Shown here in pieces: positions 52,301 through 62,800 of a DNA stretch of 64,000 nucleotides. The first letter of the stretch is position 1. Every line of letters begins with the position of its first letter. Origin of the DNA: Nemertoderma westbladi (Eukaryota > Animalia > Xenacoelomorpha); NCBI GenBank assembly GCA_032718475.1, contig JAUCBJ010000306.1, positions 59,994 through 123,993 of the forward strand, read 5' to 3'. Below the pieces are notes generated by a model. It made no database searches. It worked only from the letters and a program-made list of their open reading frames with translations, and had not been told where the DNA came from. The translations under genes were made by a program, and so were the position numbers.

Positions 52301-52900
52301 AAACTTTATACTTACTGTAATAGCAAACTTTATACTTACTGTAATAGCAAACTTTATACTTACTGTAATAGCAAACTTTATACGTACTGTAATAGCAAAC
52401 TTTATACTTACTGTAATAGCAAACTTTATACTTACTGTAATAGCAAACTTTATACGTACTGTAATAGCAAACTTTATACTTACTGTATTAGCAAATTTTA
52501 TACTTACTGTAATAGCAAACTTTATACTTACAGTAATAGCAAACTTTATACTTACTGTAATAGCAAACTTTATACTTACTGTAATAGCAAATTTTATACT
52601 TACTGTAATAGCAAACTTTATACTTACTGTAATAGCAAACGTTATACTTACAATGAATAAGTTTATGTTCTTCCATAGCTGAATTCGATTCAAATACTTC
52701 ATCGCACAAAGGACAGGGAAACTTTGGAGCTGAAAAATTGCAATAAAGTAGAAAATTAATATATTACGAAGCAATAAACCTATTAATCAATCTAAATTAT
52801 AATTGCTACTTGTTGAACTCACCATGTATTTTCTTGTGTACTTCCACTTCAGGTTTAGTGTGAAATCTTTCATCGCACTTAGGACATTTAAACTTTGGCG
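19381..52900 (-). CDS. Multi-exon C2H2 zinc-finger gene (partial). Exons 52900-52823, 52729-52652, 28569-28403, 27917-27888, (25757-25722?), 24880-24799, 19776-19608, 19493-19381
   Basis: All exons have AG/GT boundaries and matching phases. The joined frame is open: PKFKCPKCDERFHTKPEVEVHKKIH-APKFPCPLCDEVFESNSAMEEHKLIH-FPFPCDKCDQRF..HWNSVH..CNKCDEIF..HMKVHEPPP-VQQQLFGNVP-VIKKKKKKKKEKPPPPSSKEPTPEPP-SILTPPISPPP..ELE-RLRKAEKRKK..SFDE. Confidence 0.85.
19879..24810. repeat. 35-bp tandem array (~140 copies) made of exon end plus donor
   Basis: Minus-strand unit CTGAACCACCT(T/C)|(G/A)TAAGTTA(A/T)ATAATATTAAACAG is continuous with exon 24799-24880. Confidence 0.95.
25330..25630 (+). mobile_element. 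Decayed CR1/L2-type LINE 3' end
   Basis: Translates to ..SFRGPVFWNDIPVDIK..F..HLKK, a typical ORF2 C-terminus. Confidence 0.55.
25845..27899. repeat. Compound 22-bp/16-bp/35-bp tandem array with palindromic ACCGGTACCGGT core
   Basis: Units CCGGTACCGGTACTACTACATA interspersed with CATTCCCATGTTAGGATCACTACTACATACCGGTA. The minus strand repeats GTACCG|GTATGT. Confidence 0.95.
28787..52651. repeat. 24-bp satellite, ~990 copies, filling one zinc-finger gene intron
   Basis: Unit ATACTTACTGTAATAGCAAACTTT (minus strand GTAAGTATAAAGTTTGCTATTACA). It starts at the donor G at 52651; a single 1-nt register shift occurs near 50359. Confidence 0.98.
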
Positions 52901-53108
52901 CTGAAATATAATAAATTTAGGTTTTGATTAAGATAATTACAGTACTATGTAATACTATTAGAAAAATGCAGGGGGGGGGGGGGGGGTGGGTTGGTTTGGG
53001 GGTGGGACTGGACGCAAATCCCCTCTCGGCGAATTAATACTTTGCAACAATTTTTGATGATAAATTCAGGAAAAGGAACAGGTTACGGGCACGTTATATT
53101 AACCAAAA

Positions 53109-56100
53109 TGTGGGCGAATCTACTATTGCTGCGAGGCAGCAGATGAATAAAACCTTTATCTATAGCAGATACTGTCAGATAGATATGTATAATAGGGTCC
53201 TCCGGGGACCGGTCACGGCATGTAACAAGTAGCCTAGATAAAAGAATATGTACTGCAGTGCTCTGACTAACACCGACATACTGACTGTCCAACACCGGTA
53301 GGTCTCTCCCCCCTCGTCCCAGGGTGTCCGTGGGGCGAGCCATATATTATCACCACACCCCCTTACGAGCTCGGATTAGCCGCCTAAGGCTGTGCCGAGC
53401 TATCAACCGTTCTGTCCTACAGTCTGTCGGGTTGCTGACGCGTCCGTTTTGGATACCTCGAAACTGAAAGTTTATCGAAGGTCTGAGTTTCCACTAGGGG
53501 TTCACGCCAACGCAGTTTCTTGGTGGGTGTGGGTCCCGTTGGGGCCGCATCCGGTGGCGGAGGGCCCATTGGTGTCGCCTGGTGGGCGGTGTCCGGGATT
53601 AGTAAGCGTCGGTTCCGGACAAGGGTGCGTCCGGACGGCATCCGGACTGTATACTTCCGGTGGGAACCAGTCTCTACGACGGTTCCAGCGCGATCCCATC
53701 GCTTGGTGGTCGGGTGTTGAACCCTTACCCGGGTGCCTATCGTGAGAGGTTCCAAATCTTTGGCGCCGCGGTTGTACTGGGTGGTCCGGGCCGATTTGAT
53801 GGCTGGCGCCACCCGGTCTAGCTCCGTCCGGGTCTCTTGTATAGTCCGGGCGAAGGCGGTGTGGTGAGCTGGGACACGCGTGCGCATTGGGTGTCCGAAG
53901 ACAATGTCCGCTGGGGAAGAGCCGCTCTCCCTGGGGCTGTTGCGGAGTTCCAGGAGCCCCTCCAGGAACACTTCGGACGTAGTTGAGCCCCCGGTCTTTA
54001 CCAGAAGGCTCTTCAGGGCCTTTACCGCCGACTCGGCGTGCCCGTTACTCTGGGGGTATTCCGGTGACGACGTGACCGGTGTGACCCCCCATTCCTTCAG
54101 GAATTTCGTCGTCGCTGCCGCGGTGAATGGGGTCCCGCCATCCGAGCGAAAGCGGGTCGGCACCCCGTACCGGATGAACCAGTCTCGCAGGGCTGTGATT
54201 GTCCGGTCGGCAGTGGGTGGGGCGGAAAACGAGTACACTTCCGGCCATCCGGAATATCGATCGGCGGCGGCCAGGAAGTGCTTCGCCCCAAGGGAGAAGA
54301 AGTCTCCCGAAATGTCCTCGAAGGGTCGAGTGGGTGGAGGTTCCGACTGGAACGACTCCTTTGTCTGGCTCGATCGGCCGGTCAGACATTCGCTGCAAGC
54401 GCCCACGGTCGTCCGGACATCGTTAGTTATGCCCGGCCAGTAGACACACTGCCGGGCACGTCGTAGCGTCTTCTCCACCCCCTGGTGCGAGGCGTGGAGG
54501 CGCGTAAGGGTAGATTTCCGCGACGCTGTGGGGACCACAATGCGATGGCCCAGCAGGGCCAGGTCCCCGTCCGTGGTTAACTGGTCCCGGACAGACCAGA
54601 AGATGTTCACCGCTGGGTTCGTCCGGGTGGATTCCGGAAACCCAGCCTCGATAGCCGCGAGTAGGGCTTTGTAGTCCGGATCGTCCCGAGCCAGTCGGGC
54701 GAGTTCATCGAGGACTGGATCCGCAAGGTGGGCGGAATCGGAGCCGGTTATGTCGGCGGCGGTCTGGCGGGTGACGGCCCGGATGTACGTCGCCATTTCG
54801 CCGTCGTCCACGATGTCATCCGGTGTCGGGTCGTTGACGGGGGCGCGGGACAACGCGTCGGCTATGGCGTGGTCCTTCCCCTTTGTCCACGTGGTGGTAA
54901 ACTGGTAGGGAGCCAGTTTCGTTTTGAGCCGCTGGAGGCGCGTGTTGTCGGTCGCGTCCACCGTGTACTTGTCGATGATCGTCACCAACGGCTGGTGGTC
55001 AACGATTAGGTTGAAGTGTGGGAGGCCGAGAAGGTACATACGGCACTTCTGCACTGCCCATACGACGGCGAGCAGCTCGAGTTCTACCATGGCATACCGG
55101 GACTCGGTCTCGGTGGTGAACCTCGAGCCGCACTCGACCAGCTTCCAGTCCTCCCCGTGAAGTTGGAGGAGGGCGTAGCCGAGGCCCTTCAGCCGGGACG
55201 CGTCTGTCACTAGGCGGGTCTCCCGGGTCGTGTCGAACGGGACGAGGGCCGGCGGTGACGTCAGAGCCAGCTTGGTGGCCTCGAAGGCCCGTTCGTGGTC
55301 CACCGTCCAGATGAAGGTCGCCTTCGTGCTTAGGAGGGGACGTAGCGGGGACATCGCGGCAGCGATGTCTGCTGAGAACGGAGCGAGTTGCTCCACCAGT
55401 CCGAGGAAGCTCCGGAGATCGGTGATGTTCCCAGGGCGGGGGAAGGCGGCAATCGCCTTCAGTTTCTCGGGGTCGGCCTTTATCCCGGAGGCGCCGACGA
55501 GGTACCCAGCGAACCGAACCTCGGTCTGGGCAAACTGAACCTTCCCCGGGTGTAACGTGATCCCGTAGGTCCGGCACCGCTCCATAAACCTCGCGATGTT
55601 CTCCATGTGTTCCTCCATTGTATCGTTGTAGAGGAGTACATCGTCTACAACCTTGATGAGGTTAGGAAGTCCCTGGATGGCGTCGTCGCCTCGACGGTTA
55701 AACTCGTCGCCGGACGAGATCAGCCCCATCACACTACGAGTGTGACAGTACCGGCCCCAGGGAGTCGCGAAGGTGGTGAGGAGTTGGGAGTCCTCGTCGA
55801 GGGGAACCTGCCAGTAGCCACTGGCTGCGTCGAACACGGAGAAAATCTTTGCAGTCGTGGAGACTCCGGCGACTGCGGTCCGTGGATTCGGCGTCGGGTA
55901 ATAGGGGCGTTGGACCTGCGAGTTTAGGTGGCGAAGGTCCACGCAGAGTCGCAGTCCTCCGTTGGGTTTAGGCGCCACCGTCATCGGATGGGCCCATTCC
56001 GTAGGTTCCTCGACCCGGGTGATGACTTCCCGTCGCTCTAGCTTGTCGAGGAGTTCTTTCACCTCGTCCCGCATCGCGAACGGGACAGGTCGCGCGCCGT

Positions 56101-58143
56101 TGACGTGGAACGGCTTGGCCCCATCCTTCAGCTGTATACGCATGGGCGGGCCATGCATCGTTGGAAGAGGCGCGGAGTCGTTGTCGAACACGTCGCTGAA
56201 CTCGCGGAGGAGATTGTCCCGGGAGCGGATCGCCGGGGACGGAGCAACAGAAGCGACGGTTCCGCGGCTGTGTAGGGGAGCCGGGAAGGTGCGCGGGAGG
56301 ATATCCAGGTCCTGGATGGTCTTCTTCGAGAGGATCAGTCCGTCGGACTCGGGAGAGATGACCAGCTCGGTGGTCGCCGTCGTCCCGCAGTAGTTGATCT
56401 CCACTGGGTACCGCCCCACAGCCGCCATGGGGAGTCGGTTGGCCGCCTCGAACTTGTCGTCATCTCGAAGTGGGAGGAGGTCGTCGAGTCGCCCTCCGAA
56501 CCGGAGAAACAGTCCCTGGTTGAAGATGTTAGCGGCCGCACCGCTGTCCGGGAGGGAGTGACGAACCGTCCCCTTGAGGTTCCCGATCCCGGAGTCCGTC
56601 AGGCCCACCGCGATATAAGAGAGTTTGCAGGCTGTTTCCTGATGGTTGGCAACGCTGCTAATACTCTGGCAGTGGTACACTGTGGACACCCTCTTCTTGG
56701 TGGCGGATCGGGACCGGCACATCCGCTTGATATGCCCCGTCCTGCCACAGCCGTGGCACTTGACCCCCTTGGCGGGGCATTCCGAGCCCGCCTCATGGGG
56801 TTCCCGGCCGCAGTTGCCGCAACTGCGGCCGCTAGGGTTCCGCCACGCGGGGTCGGGTGATGAGTTCCGGGTGCTCATTGGGGAGCGGGAGATAGCGGGG
56901 TTGCGGGAGGCCGAGCGTTCGCGTTTGTACGCGGAGAGTTTGTTTACTGGTTTCCCGCTCGCGAGGATCGAGTCGTTCCGTTCGCTGGCTTCCACGCTCT
57001 GCGCGATCCTCACGCAGTCCTCGAGGGTCGGTTGAGGAAGAACCTTGAGGAGTTCCGTCCGGGTCTCTGAACATCGAAGACCCACTAGGATCTGGGTAAC
57101 GATCTGCCGGTCGCGGCAGTTCCCGCAGAGCTCCGCAGTGTCTGCGAGATCCTCCAGGGCCACCCGGAAGGAATCGAATCCCTCGGTCGCGCCTTGCCGG
57201 CGCTCGTGGAACTTGATCGCGTCGATCGCGATACTCCTCTTGGTGCGGAGGTGGCCCTGGAGTGCATCGAGGACCGTCTCTGTGGTTGTATCGTCCGCGT
57301 CGATGTCCACGTGCAGGGTGACGCGGATGGTCTCCTGTAGGCCGCTACCGAGGGCAGCAACGAGAGCGTAAACCTGCTCGGCTCGCGGGAACGTAGCGAC
57401 CTGTTGTCGGTGGGCGTGGACCCGCCACGCCTGTCTCCACCGGCGGAACATGGAGAACTCGACGTCCACGTCGATCTTCTCCATCGTCGAGATGTCGATT
57501 ACCCGGCGTCGGGGAACCGGGTTCGTGACGGCCCCCGCGTACGTGGGTTGGGTCGTCGGTAATTCCGGTGTGGCGGCCGCCGCCACGCCGGGTTGTAAAG
57601 CTGCGAGGAGTTTAGCGATGCGGTCGTCCGCGGCCGCCTGTTGTTGAAGTAGGCGGTCATCCGCAGCCTCCTGGCGACGGTTGGCGTCATCCTGCTGTTG
57701 CGCCAGCAGCTGAGCCATAGCAGTCTGCTGTTGGGCGAGGATTCGCGCGAGGTCGTCCATTCGGATAGGGGCGCGACTGCCGCCTCGGGCTTCTAGAGTT
57801 TCGTCGCCGTCGCTGCTGTCCGCCGTGGGCGGGGACGTGATCTTCCCTTTGGATTTAGGCGGCATGGGCCCAAATTATCCTACACACTGCGCCATGTGGG
57901 CGTATCTACTATTGCTGCGAGGCAGCAGATGAATAAAACCTTTATCTATAGCAGATACTGTCAGATAGATATGTATAATAGGGTCCTCCGGGGACCGGTC
58001 ACGGCATGTAACAAGTAGCCTAGATAAAAGAATATGTACTGCAGTGCTCTGACTAACACCGACATACTGACTGTCCAACACCGGTAGGTCTCTCCCCCCT
58101 CGTCCCAGGGTGTCCGTGGGGCGAGCCATATATTATCACCACA
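53109..58143 (-). mobile_element. Intact Gypsy (Mag-like) LTR retrotransposon
   Basis: 249-bp TG..CA LTRs at 53109-53357 and 57895-58143 (1 mismatch seen). PBS TGGCGCAGTGTGTAGGAT abuts the 5' LTR; PPT AAGGGGG precedes the 3' LTR. Confidence 0.97.
53417..57865 (-). CDS. gag-pol: Gypsy Gag-Pol polyprotein
   Basis: Zinc knuckles, LPDSGA protease, FDAASGYWQ and VVDD RT, TDAS..GLG RNase H, HASHQG..C..C and SDGG/SNGHAES integrase; uninterrupted 1482 aa. Confidence 0.96.
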   Translation of the reverse strand: MPPKSKGKITSPPTADSSDGDETLEARGGSRAPIRMDDLARILAQQQTAMAQLLAQQQDDANRRQEAADDRLLQQQAAADDRIAKLLAALQPGVAAAATPELPTTQPTYAGAVTNPVPRRRVIDISTMEKIDVDVEFSMFRRWRQAWRVHAHRQQVATFPRAEQVYALVAALGSGLQETIRVTLHVDIDADDTTTETVLDALQGHLRTKRSIAIDAIKFHERRQGATEGFDSFRVALEDLADTAELCGNCRDRQIVTQILVGLRCSETRTELLKVLPQPTLEDCVRIAQSVEASERNDSILASGKPVNKLSAYKRERSASRNPAISRSPMSTRNSSPDPAWRNPSGRSCGNCGREPHEAGSECPAKGVKCHGCGRTGHIKRMCRSRSATKKRVSTVYHCQSISSVANHQETACKLSYIAVGLTDSGIGNLKGTVRHSLPDSGAAANIFNQGLFLRFGGRLDDLLPLRDDDKFEAANRLPMAAVGRYPVEINYCGTTATTELVISPESDGLILSKKTIQDLDILPRTFPAPLHSRGTVASVAPSPAIRSRDNLLREFSDVFDNDSAPLPTMHGPPMRIQLKDGAKPFHVNGARPVPFAMRDEVKELLDKLERREVITRVEEPTEWAHPMTVAPKPNGGLRLCVDLRHLNSQVQRPYYPTPNPRTAVAGVSTTAKIFSVFDAASGYWQVPLDEDSQLLTTFATPWGRYCHTRSVMGLISSGDEFNRRGDDAIQGLPNLIKVVDDVLLYNDTMEEHMENIARFMERCRTYGITLHPGKVQFAQTEVRFAGYLVGASGIKADPEKLKAIAAFPRPGNITDLRSFLGLVEQLAPFSADIAAAMSPLRPLLSTKATFIWTVDHERAFEATKLALTSPPALVPFDTTRETRLVTDASRLKGLGYALLQLHGEDWKLVECGSRFTTETESRYAMVELELLAVVWAVQKCRMYLLGLPHFNLIVDHQPLVTIIDKYTVDATDNTRLQRLKTKLAPYQFTTTWTKGKDHAIADALSRAPVNDPTPDDIVDDGEMATYIRAVTRQTAADITGSDSAHLADPVLDELARLARDDPDYKALLAAIEAGFPESTRTNPAVNIFWSVRDQLTTDGDLALLGHRIVVPTASRKSTLTRLHASHQGVEKTLRRARQCVYWPGITNDVRTTVGACSECLTGRSSQTKESFQSEPPPTRPFEDISGDFFSLGAKHFLAAADRYSGWPEVYSFSAPPTADRTITALRDWFIRYGVPTRFRSDGGTPFTAAATTKFLKEWGVTPVTSSPEYPQSNGHAESAVKALKSLLVKTGGSTTSEVFLEGLLELRNSPRESGSSPADIVFGHPMRTRVPAHHTAFARTIQETRTELDRVAPAIKSARTTQYNRGAKDLEPLTIGTRVRVQHPTTKRWDRAGTVVETGSHRKYTVRMPSGRTLVRNRRLLIPDTAHQATPMGPPPPDAAPTGPTPTKKLRWREPLVETQTFDKLSVSRYPKRTRQQPDRL

Positions 58144-58929
58144 CCCTCTGAGGTTACTTATAAGAGAGAAGATCTTAAGATAGACAGACAAATTAAAAAC
58201 TGAAAAACCAACAAACAGCAACAAGGTTGAGAAAGCTAAGGAAGATCTTAAAGTGGCCTACAACATAGCCAGGAGAAGTACATACAGTTAAAAATTAACA
58301 AAATTACAACTGCTCACATCCAGCAACAATCATGACTTACCTGGCAAACTGTAAATGAAACTGGGCGAAAACTGGGCATTGTTGTAGATTAGAGAGTCCT
58401 TCGATGTAGTAGTAACGCAAGTTGCCGAAGGTTTTTAATGTGAGCGATAACTGAGTTTATTTAATATTTTGATACTTGAGAGTGAGGAAAATGTGGTGAG
58501 CAGCCCCTTAAATACCTTCTCAGGAAGCGATCTGATTGGGTAGCTAAGGAGACTGCTTAGTGGCCAGCTAGTTACTTTTTGATCCAAAAGGTGAGTATAG
58601 ATAAACTGTTAGGAGTAATCTGTTGAAGTAACTGGTAATTTTGCCGACAAACTTGCGATTATTTACTCTCATCTTCTATTTTGATCGGTCAAAATAGGAC
58701 AATAAATAATTGACAGAAAATAATTATATAAAAAAAAAATCAAATAGTAGGATAACTTTAAATTAATTCATGCAGACACTCAAATAATTAAGTAAATAAT
58801 ATACAATAAGATAGTTGGTGCAAAGAAAGCCAAGTTAATTAATAATTAATATGAAATATTATAAGTAATATAAGCGATGAAATTCGCAACATTAATTATT
58901 TAATTAATGCAAATCAAATTAACACAGAA

Positions 58930-59940
58930 AGTAGTTCTTAGAGTTCAGGTCAGTGGGCTCAGGTGAGTCTATTTCGTTGGCTGGGAACTAGTCCAGCAAG
59001 GGGGCGCGAGGATACGAGGAGATTGACCTGGATGTCCACGGTGCGATCTCCAGGGTGGACCCGAACAACATTCCACAGGGGCCAGCTGGAACGCAGCTGT
59101 CCTAACCTAACCTTTGGTATAGGAAGCAGCTTATTACGGCAAGATTGAAGTGTGGGCAGTTACGCTGAGGTCCAGTATCTCCAGATTGCTTCAGTAGCTG
59201 CCACAGAATGGCGCCAGCCACTCCTCAACTTCTTAGCAGAGCGATGGGATGAGAACGACAGAGATTTGGGGTAGTCTTTAGGAGAAGAGATTTGGGGTAG
59301 TCTTTAGGAGAGAGGAGGGCCAATTGCGCGAGAGCTGGTGGAAAGCCACAACAGAAAGTGCGTGGGAGTTAAGGGTTCACTGTGGTCATCAGGGAATTGT
59401 ATGAGGGGCCGATGATTTGCTGATTCTTCAACCTCGGCCAGCACAATTTGCAGCTTGTCGTCGGTGAGTGCAGCAAGCCACAGACTATTGCAGAGGCCTT
59501 GTTTTACAACCCCGACCATTCTTTCCAAGAACCCACCATGCCATTGGCGTGTACAGGCATGAAGCGCCTTTCAGTTCCAGCCAGTACCTTAGTAAGCAGT
59601 TTGAAGGTGACAGTGTTGTCCAAGAAGAACACCTCAGGTATACCCCATCTAGCCATGAAATGAGGCATTGCTTTATGGGTGTTTTCGGCGTCCATCCGGG
59701 AGGTCAGTTCGGGGTGTAGGGTGTGGGTAGACTCACAGATAAGGAGAATAATGTAGTGCTTCTCCAACATCATTCATAAGTCCGCATGAATAGTCCAACC
59801 CTGTGGACTGAAAGGGCACAACCCCCGGCCTTACTCTGAAGTCAGGAAGTGCCCCCTCTGGGGTGCAGAAGTGGCAGGCATTGTAGCGGTGGCGATGGGC
59901 ACATTTGTGCATTGTCTCCTTGCAGATCGAATGCAGCAGA
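58930..59940 (-). pseudogene. Decayed BEL/Pao integrase fragment
   Basis: Frameshifted remnants HFMARWGIP..FLDN..TF, ERMVGVVKQGL, AEVEESANHRPL and PLTPTHFL. Confidence 0.8.
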
Positions 59941-60350
59941 TAGGATTCACTGGGAAGAGATATTCATCTGGTGGGGTAATACATTATACAAACTTACAGT
60001 TGATGTTTGATTACTGTCTGGGTTAGAGTGAGATAGAAATAAATTTGCTTGGCAAGTAATATACTTCTCTGCAGTTTGGGCCTATCCATTCAATAAATAG
60101 TAGTAGCTTACTAGGCCACATGAGTACCAGCAGCTGGTGTTTCTATCATTGAGTTGATGGCAATTTTTGTGTTTTCATTTTCACGCACTCAGGGCAATGG
60201 TTTGAGGGGCAGGTTCGTTTAAAGCCAGCTTGCTGGCTTTCTAGTTAATAATTATAATTCATAAAAATATAATACAGTAGCTAACGGTATTAATAATCTG
60301 GAAAACGTTATACTGAATATCGAACACAACAAATCGGAGAGGTAAAAGTT

Positions 60351-61004
60351 ATGTATATCGAATATGTGAAAATGCTACTTTTAGCTGTTTATATAGTTAC
60401 AGAGATAGTTATGGATGTGTCGGCTGTATCATGTATGCACCAACACACTATGGTTACTTATAAGACAGCTCTGCCGGAAGTGTTCCCGGATAGCGGTGGG
60501 TGGCTAGAAGAAAATCCAGGTTACAATGAAGCAGATTGCTCAACATGCTATCTGCATTATAATCAAATGCCAGGTATGGTCTCTATGAATAACGAAGTTT
60601 TCAAAGTTTTGATGTATACAAGGTCAGAACTCTGCATGCGTGATGGCTGCAAGGATACCGATGAAGATGAATGCAGAAAGAAGGTTGGAGACGGGTTCGA
60701 GACAGTTAATTCAGAGTACAACATCGAGATAACACATCCGAGTTGCATGGTAATCTGCTGCAACGGAACAGAAGTCTGCAACAAAGTAGTAGACCCTGTG
60801 TGGGAACACGACTATCTGTTCCCCAATGGAACCGTGGATTGGAATGATCCCTTGTTTGATCCGGTAATAACCGAACCAGAAACAACAGAGATAGAACCAT
60901 CGACAACCACTGAAATATTCACGACAGCTAGTTTGGCGAATCACCTCACTGGAGCTGTTGCTTATATTCTGTTGGCAGTAACAATTACTATTGACTTCTA
61001 CTGA
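60351..61004 (+). CDS. Ly6/uPAR three-finger (Quiver/Sleepless-like) secreted, probably GPI-anchored protein
   Basis: Hydrophobic N-terminus (Met at 60372 is a plausible start), 10 Cys ending CCNGTEVCN, Thr/Glu-rich stalk, hydrophobic C-terminus; single-exon ORF. Confidence 0.75.
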   Translation: MYIEYVKMLLLAVYIVTEIVMDVSAVSCMHQHTMVTYKTALPEVFPDSGGWLEENPGYNEADCSTCYLHYNQMPGMVSMNNEVFKVLMYTRSELCMRDGCKDTDEDECRKKVGDGFETVNSEYNIEITHPSCMVICCNGTEVCNKVVDPVWEHDYLFPNGTVDWNDPLFDPVITEPETTEIEPSTTTEIFTTASLANHLTGAVAYILLAVTITIDFY

Positions 61005-62359
61005 TATCCAATAACTTTAGTAGTGTGGCTCGCCTTTTAAAAGTGAACATCTTTAAATTCACACAGTTCGAACATGTATTGTTATTCCCTCTGTTAATCT
61101 GAACAATCACTGAAACTATTCTGCGTTGTCCTTACCACATGAAAACTATGATATATATACGACCGCACTATAGAATAACTCAGTATGCCTGTTTCCTTAA
61201 AAGTGCAAACCTAAGAGCCATGACCAATCGTTATAACACTGTGTGTGTGTATGTGTGTATAAATAGTTATCAATATTATTCAAGAAATATAATCTCGTGT
61301 TCATTCATTCTATAACTATTGGTGATATTTGTAGTTATTAGTTACTACTACTGTGTTATCGTTTTTGTTACAGTTATTTAAGTTTAAAGTTATGATTTAA
61401 ATCTATTCAGAATCAATGTGTTTTATAATCGCTGGGAAATCAAACTACTCATTATACAAACAATATAAATTGATGATTTAATTAACATGTATGACAGCAT
61501 CATGTAATTCCGATATAAAGATGTTAAAGCGCGGACGTTTACTTCATAAATATGATACCAATTGCCCCACATTGGGGAGTAAGGAAAAAAAATTAGGTAA
61601 CATTTAACACTAGAAGGGCCAGATTTGACTACCCCTAGAAAGGTCTAGTGTTTCAATTTTGACACACGCTAATATTCAGTTTAAATTTACCACAATTGTC
61701 TGTCTATTCGATCCATATTATTCACAAAATGGCTCCCATACCTCAGCAGCTCAGTTGAGTCTAATATGATTATAACAACACCTTTGCAGTATAGCATGAT
61801 CGTTAATGCTATATATAGCCCAATGTAGCATGTTGGCTATACATACTAGTCTATCATCACGAAACCTATATAATTGCTGTTGTTGGTGGATCGAGAATGG
61901 GACAATGCGGTGAGGGTAGTGGTTACCTGGCGCCTGATGATGGGGGCTCACCATCGGTGTCAGATGCGGAGATGCATCGTTGATAATGGCGGTGGGCATG
62001 GCATGACGTGGAATAAGGAAACAGTCAGACTGAAGGACGCGATAGGCATGACACTGGAGCTGGTTACCCACCAATTTCCTGATGGAATACCAGGTACCGT
62101 GTTCAGTAGCGCTGACGATATAACGGTGGTGTCTCGCCGAAGCCGGGAGAGTCGGAATATAAGTAGGCTAAAGTCGCCGACATTGAGGGAAGTGGGATGG
62201 TAGGACGGTGTGCCTTGGACTGAGCGACATTGTCACTTTATTTCAATATGACAACAAACATTGACATCAATCAAGGGAAATCAAGTCAAGGCTAGTGACT
62301 GACAACGTATTGAGGACTGATGAAGAGGATTTAGTAATTAGTATAGTTTAATGAGAATG

Positions 62360-62800
62360 AGTACTGGTTAGATTGAATTAAGGTAGTGAAGCCTCAATGC
62401 CTTTGAGAAAGCTTGCTTAGATTTTCTATTTTTTACCAAGCTTGTTGGAGTATTGTTCCAAATGGAGGGGCCCAGAAAGCTCATGGATCGTTGTGAGGAA
62501 GTCAGTCGTACTAGCGGTAGATTGTATTTTCCTTGCGTAGCAGAGCGAGTCATTTCTAATTGAGTAGAGAAGATCTTTTTTGAAAAAAGAGAGCTAGTGA
62601 GTGTGGTAGGTTGTTGTTGTGGGCATCTTACATGAATGAAGCGACTTGTTGGTTAAATGATAGATCTAGTGGAAGGATTCCTAAAGATTTGTATAGAGGT
62701 TTGTTTAGATGAGACCTGTGAGTGGCTAAAAGTTATACAGCGTATGAATTTATAAATTTTTATTCTTAGTGGTTTTAGGGTAGTTATATGTGTCCCGCAC
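62360..62800 (-). mobile_element. Decayed CR1/L2-type LINE 3' end
   Basis: TRS..YNLP....SQRSMSFLGPSIWNNTP....FSKALR..L resembles an ORF2 C-terminus. Confidence 0.65.

Noticed and set aside
28787-52651. Canonical recursive-splicing (ratchet) sites in the 24-mer
   Set aside because: The sequence is CAGTAAGT with AG and GT sharing the G; splicing at the AG would not regenerate a GT donor.
28713-52774. Giant ORFs of 6760, 6879 and 808 aa (FAITVSIK / ANFILTVI repeats)
   Set aside because: A 24-bp unit without stops in those frames gives long ORFs on both strands automatically. The array lies in a phase-consistent intron.
53392-57690. Many overlapping and antisense ORFs within the Gypsy element
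   Set aside because: Shadow frames of a GC-rich coding sequence with no recognisable motifs.
58330-58360. CAG|GTAAGT on minus as an upstream zinc-finger exon
   Set aside because: The implied 8-nt exon has no finger similarity and lies next to the decayed BEL fragment, so it is probably LTR-derived.
61751-62203. ORFs of 107 and 109 aa
   Set aside because: No recognisable domain or splice-consistent model.
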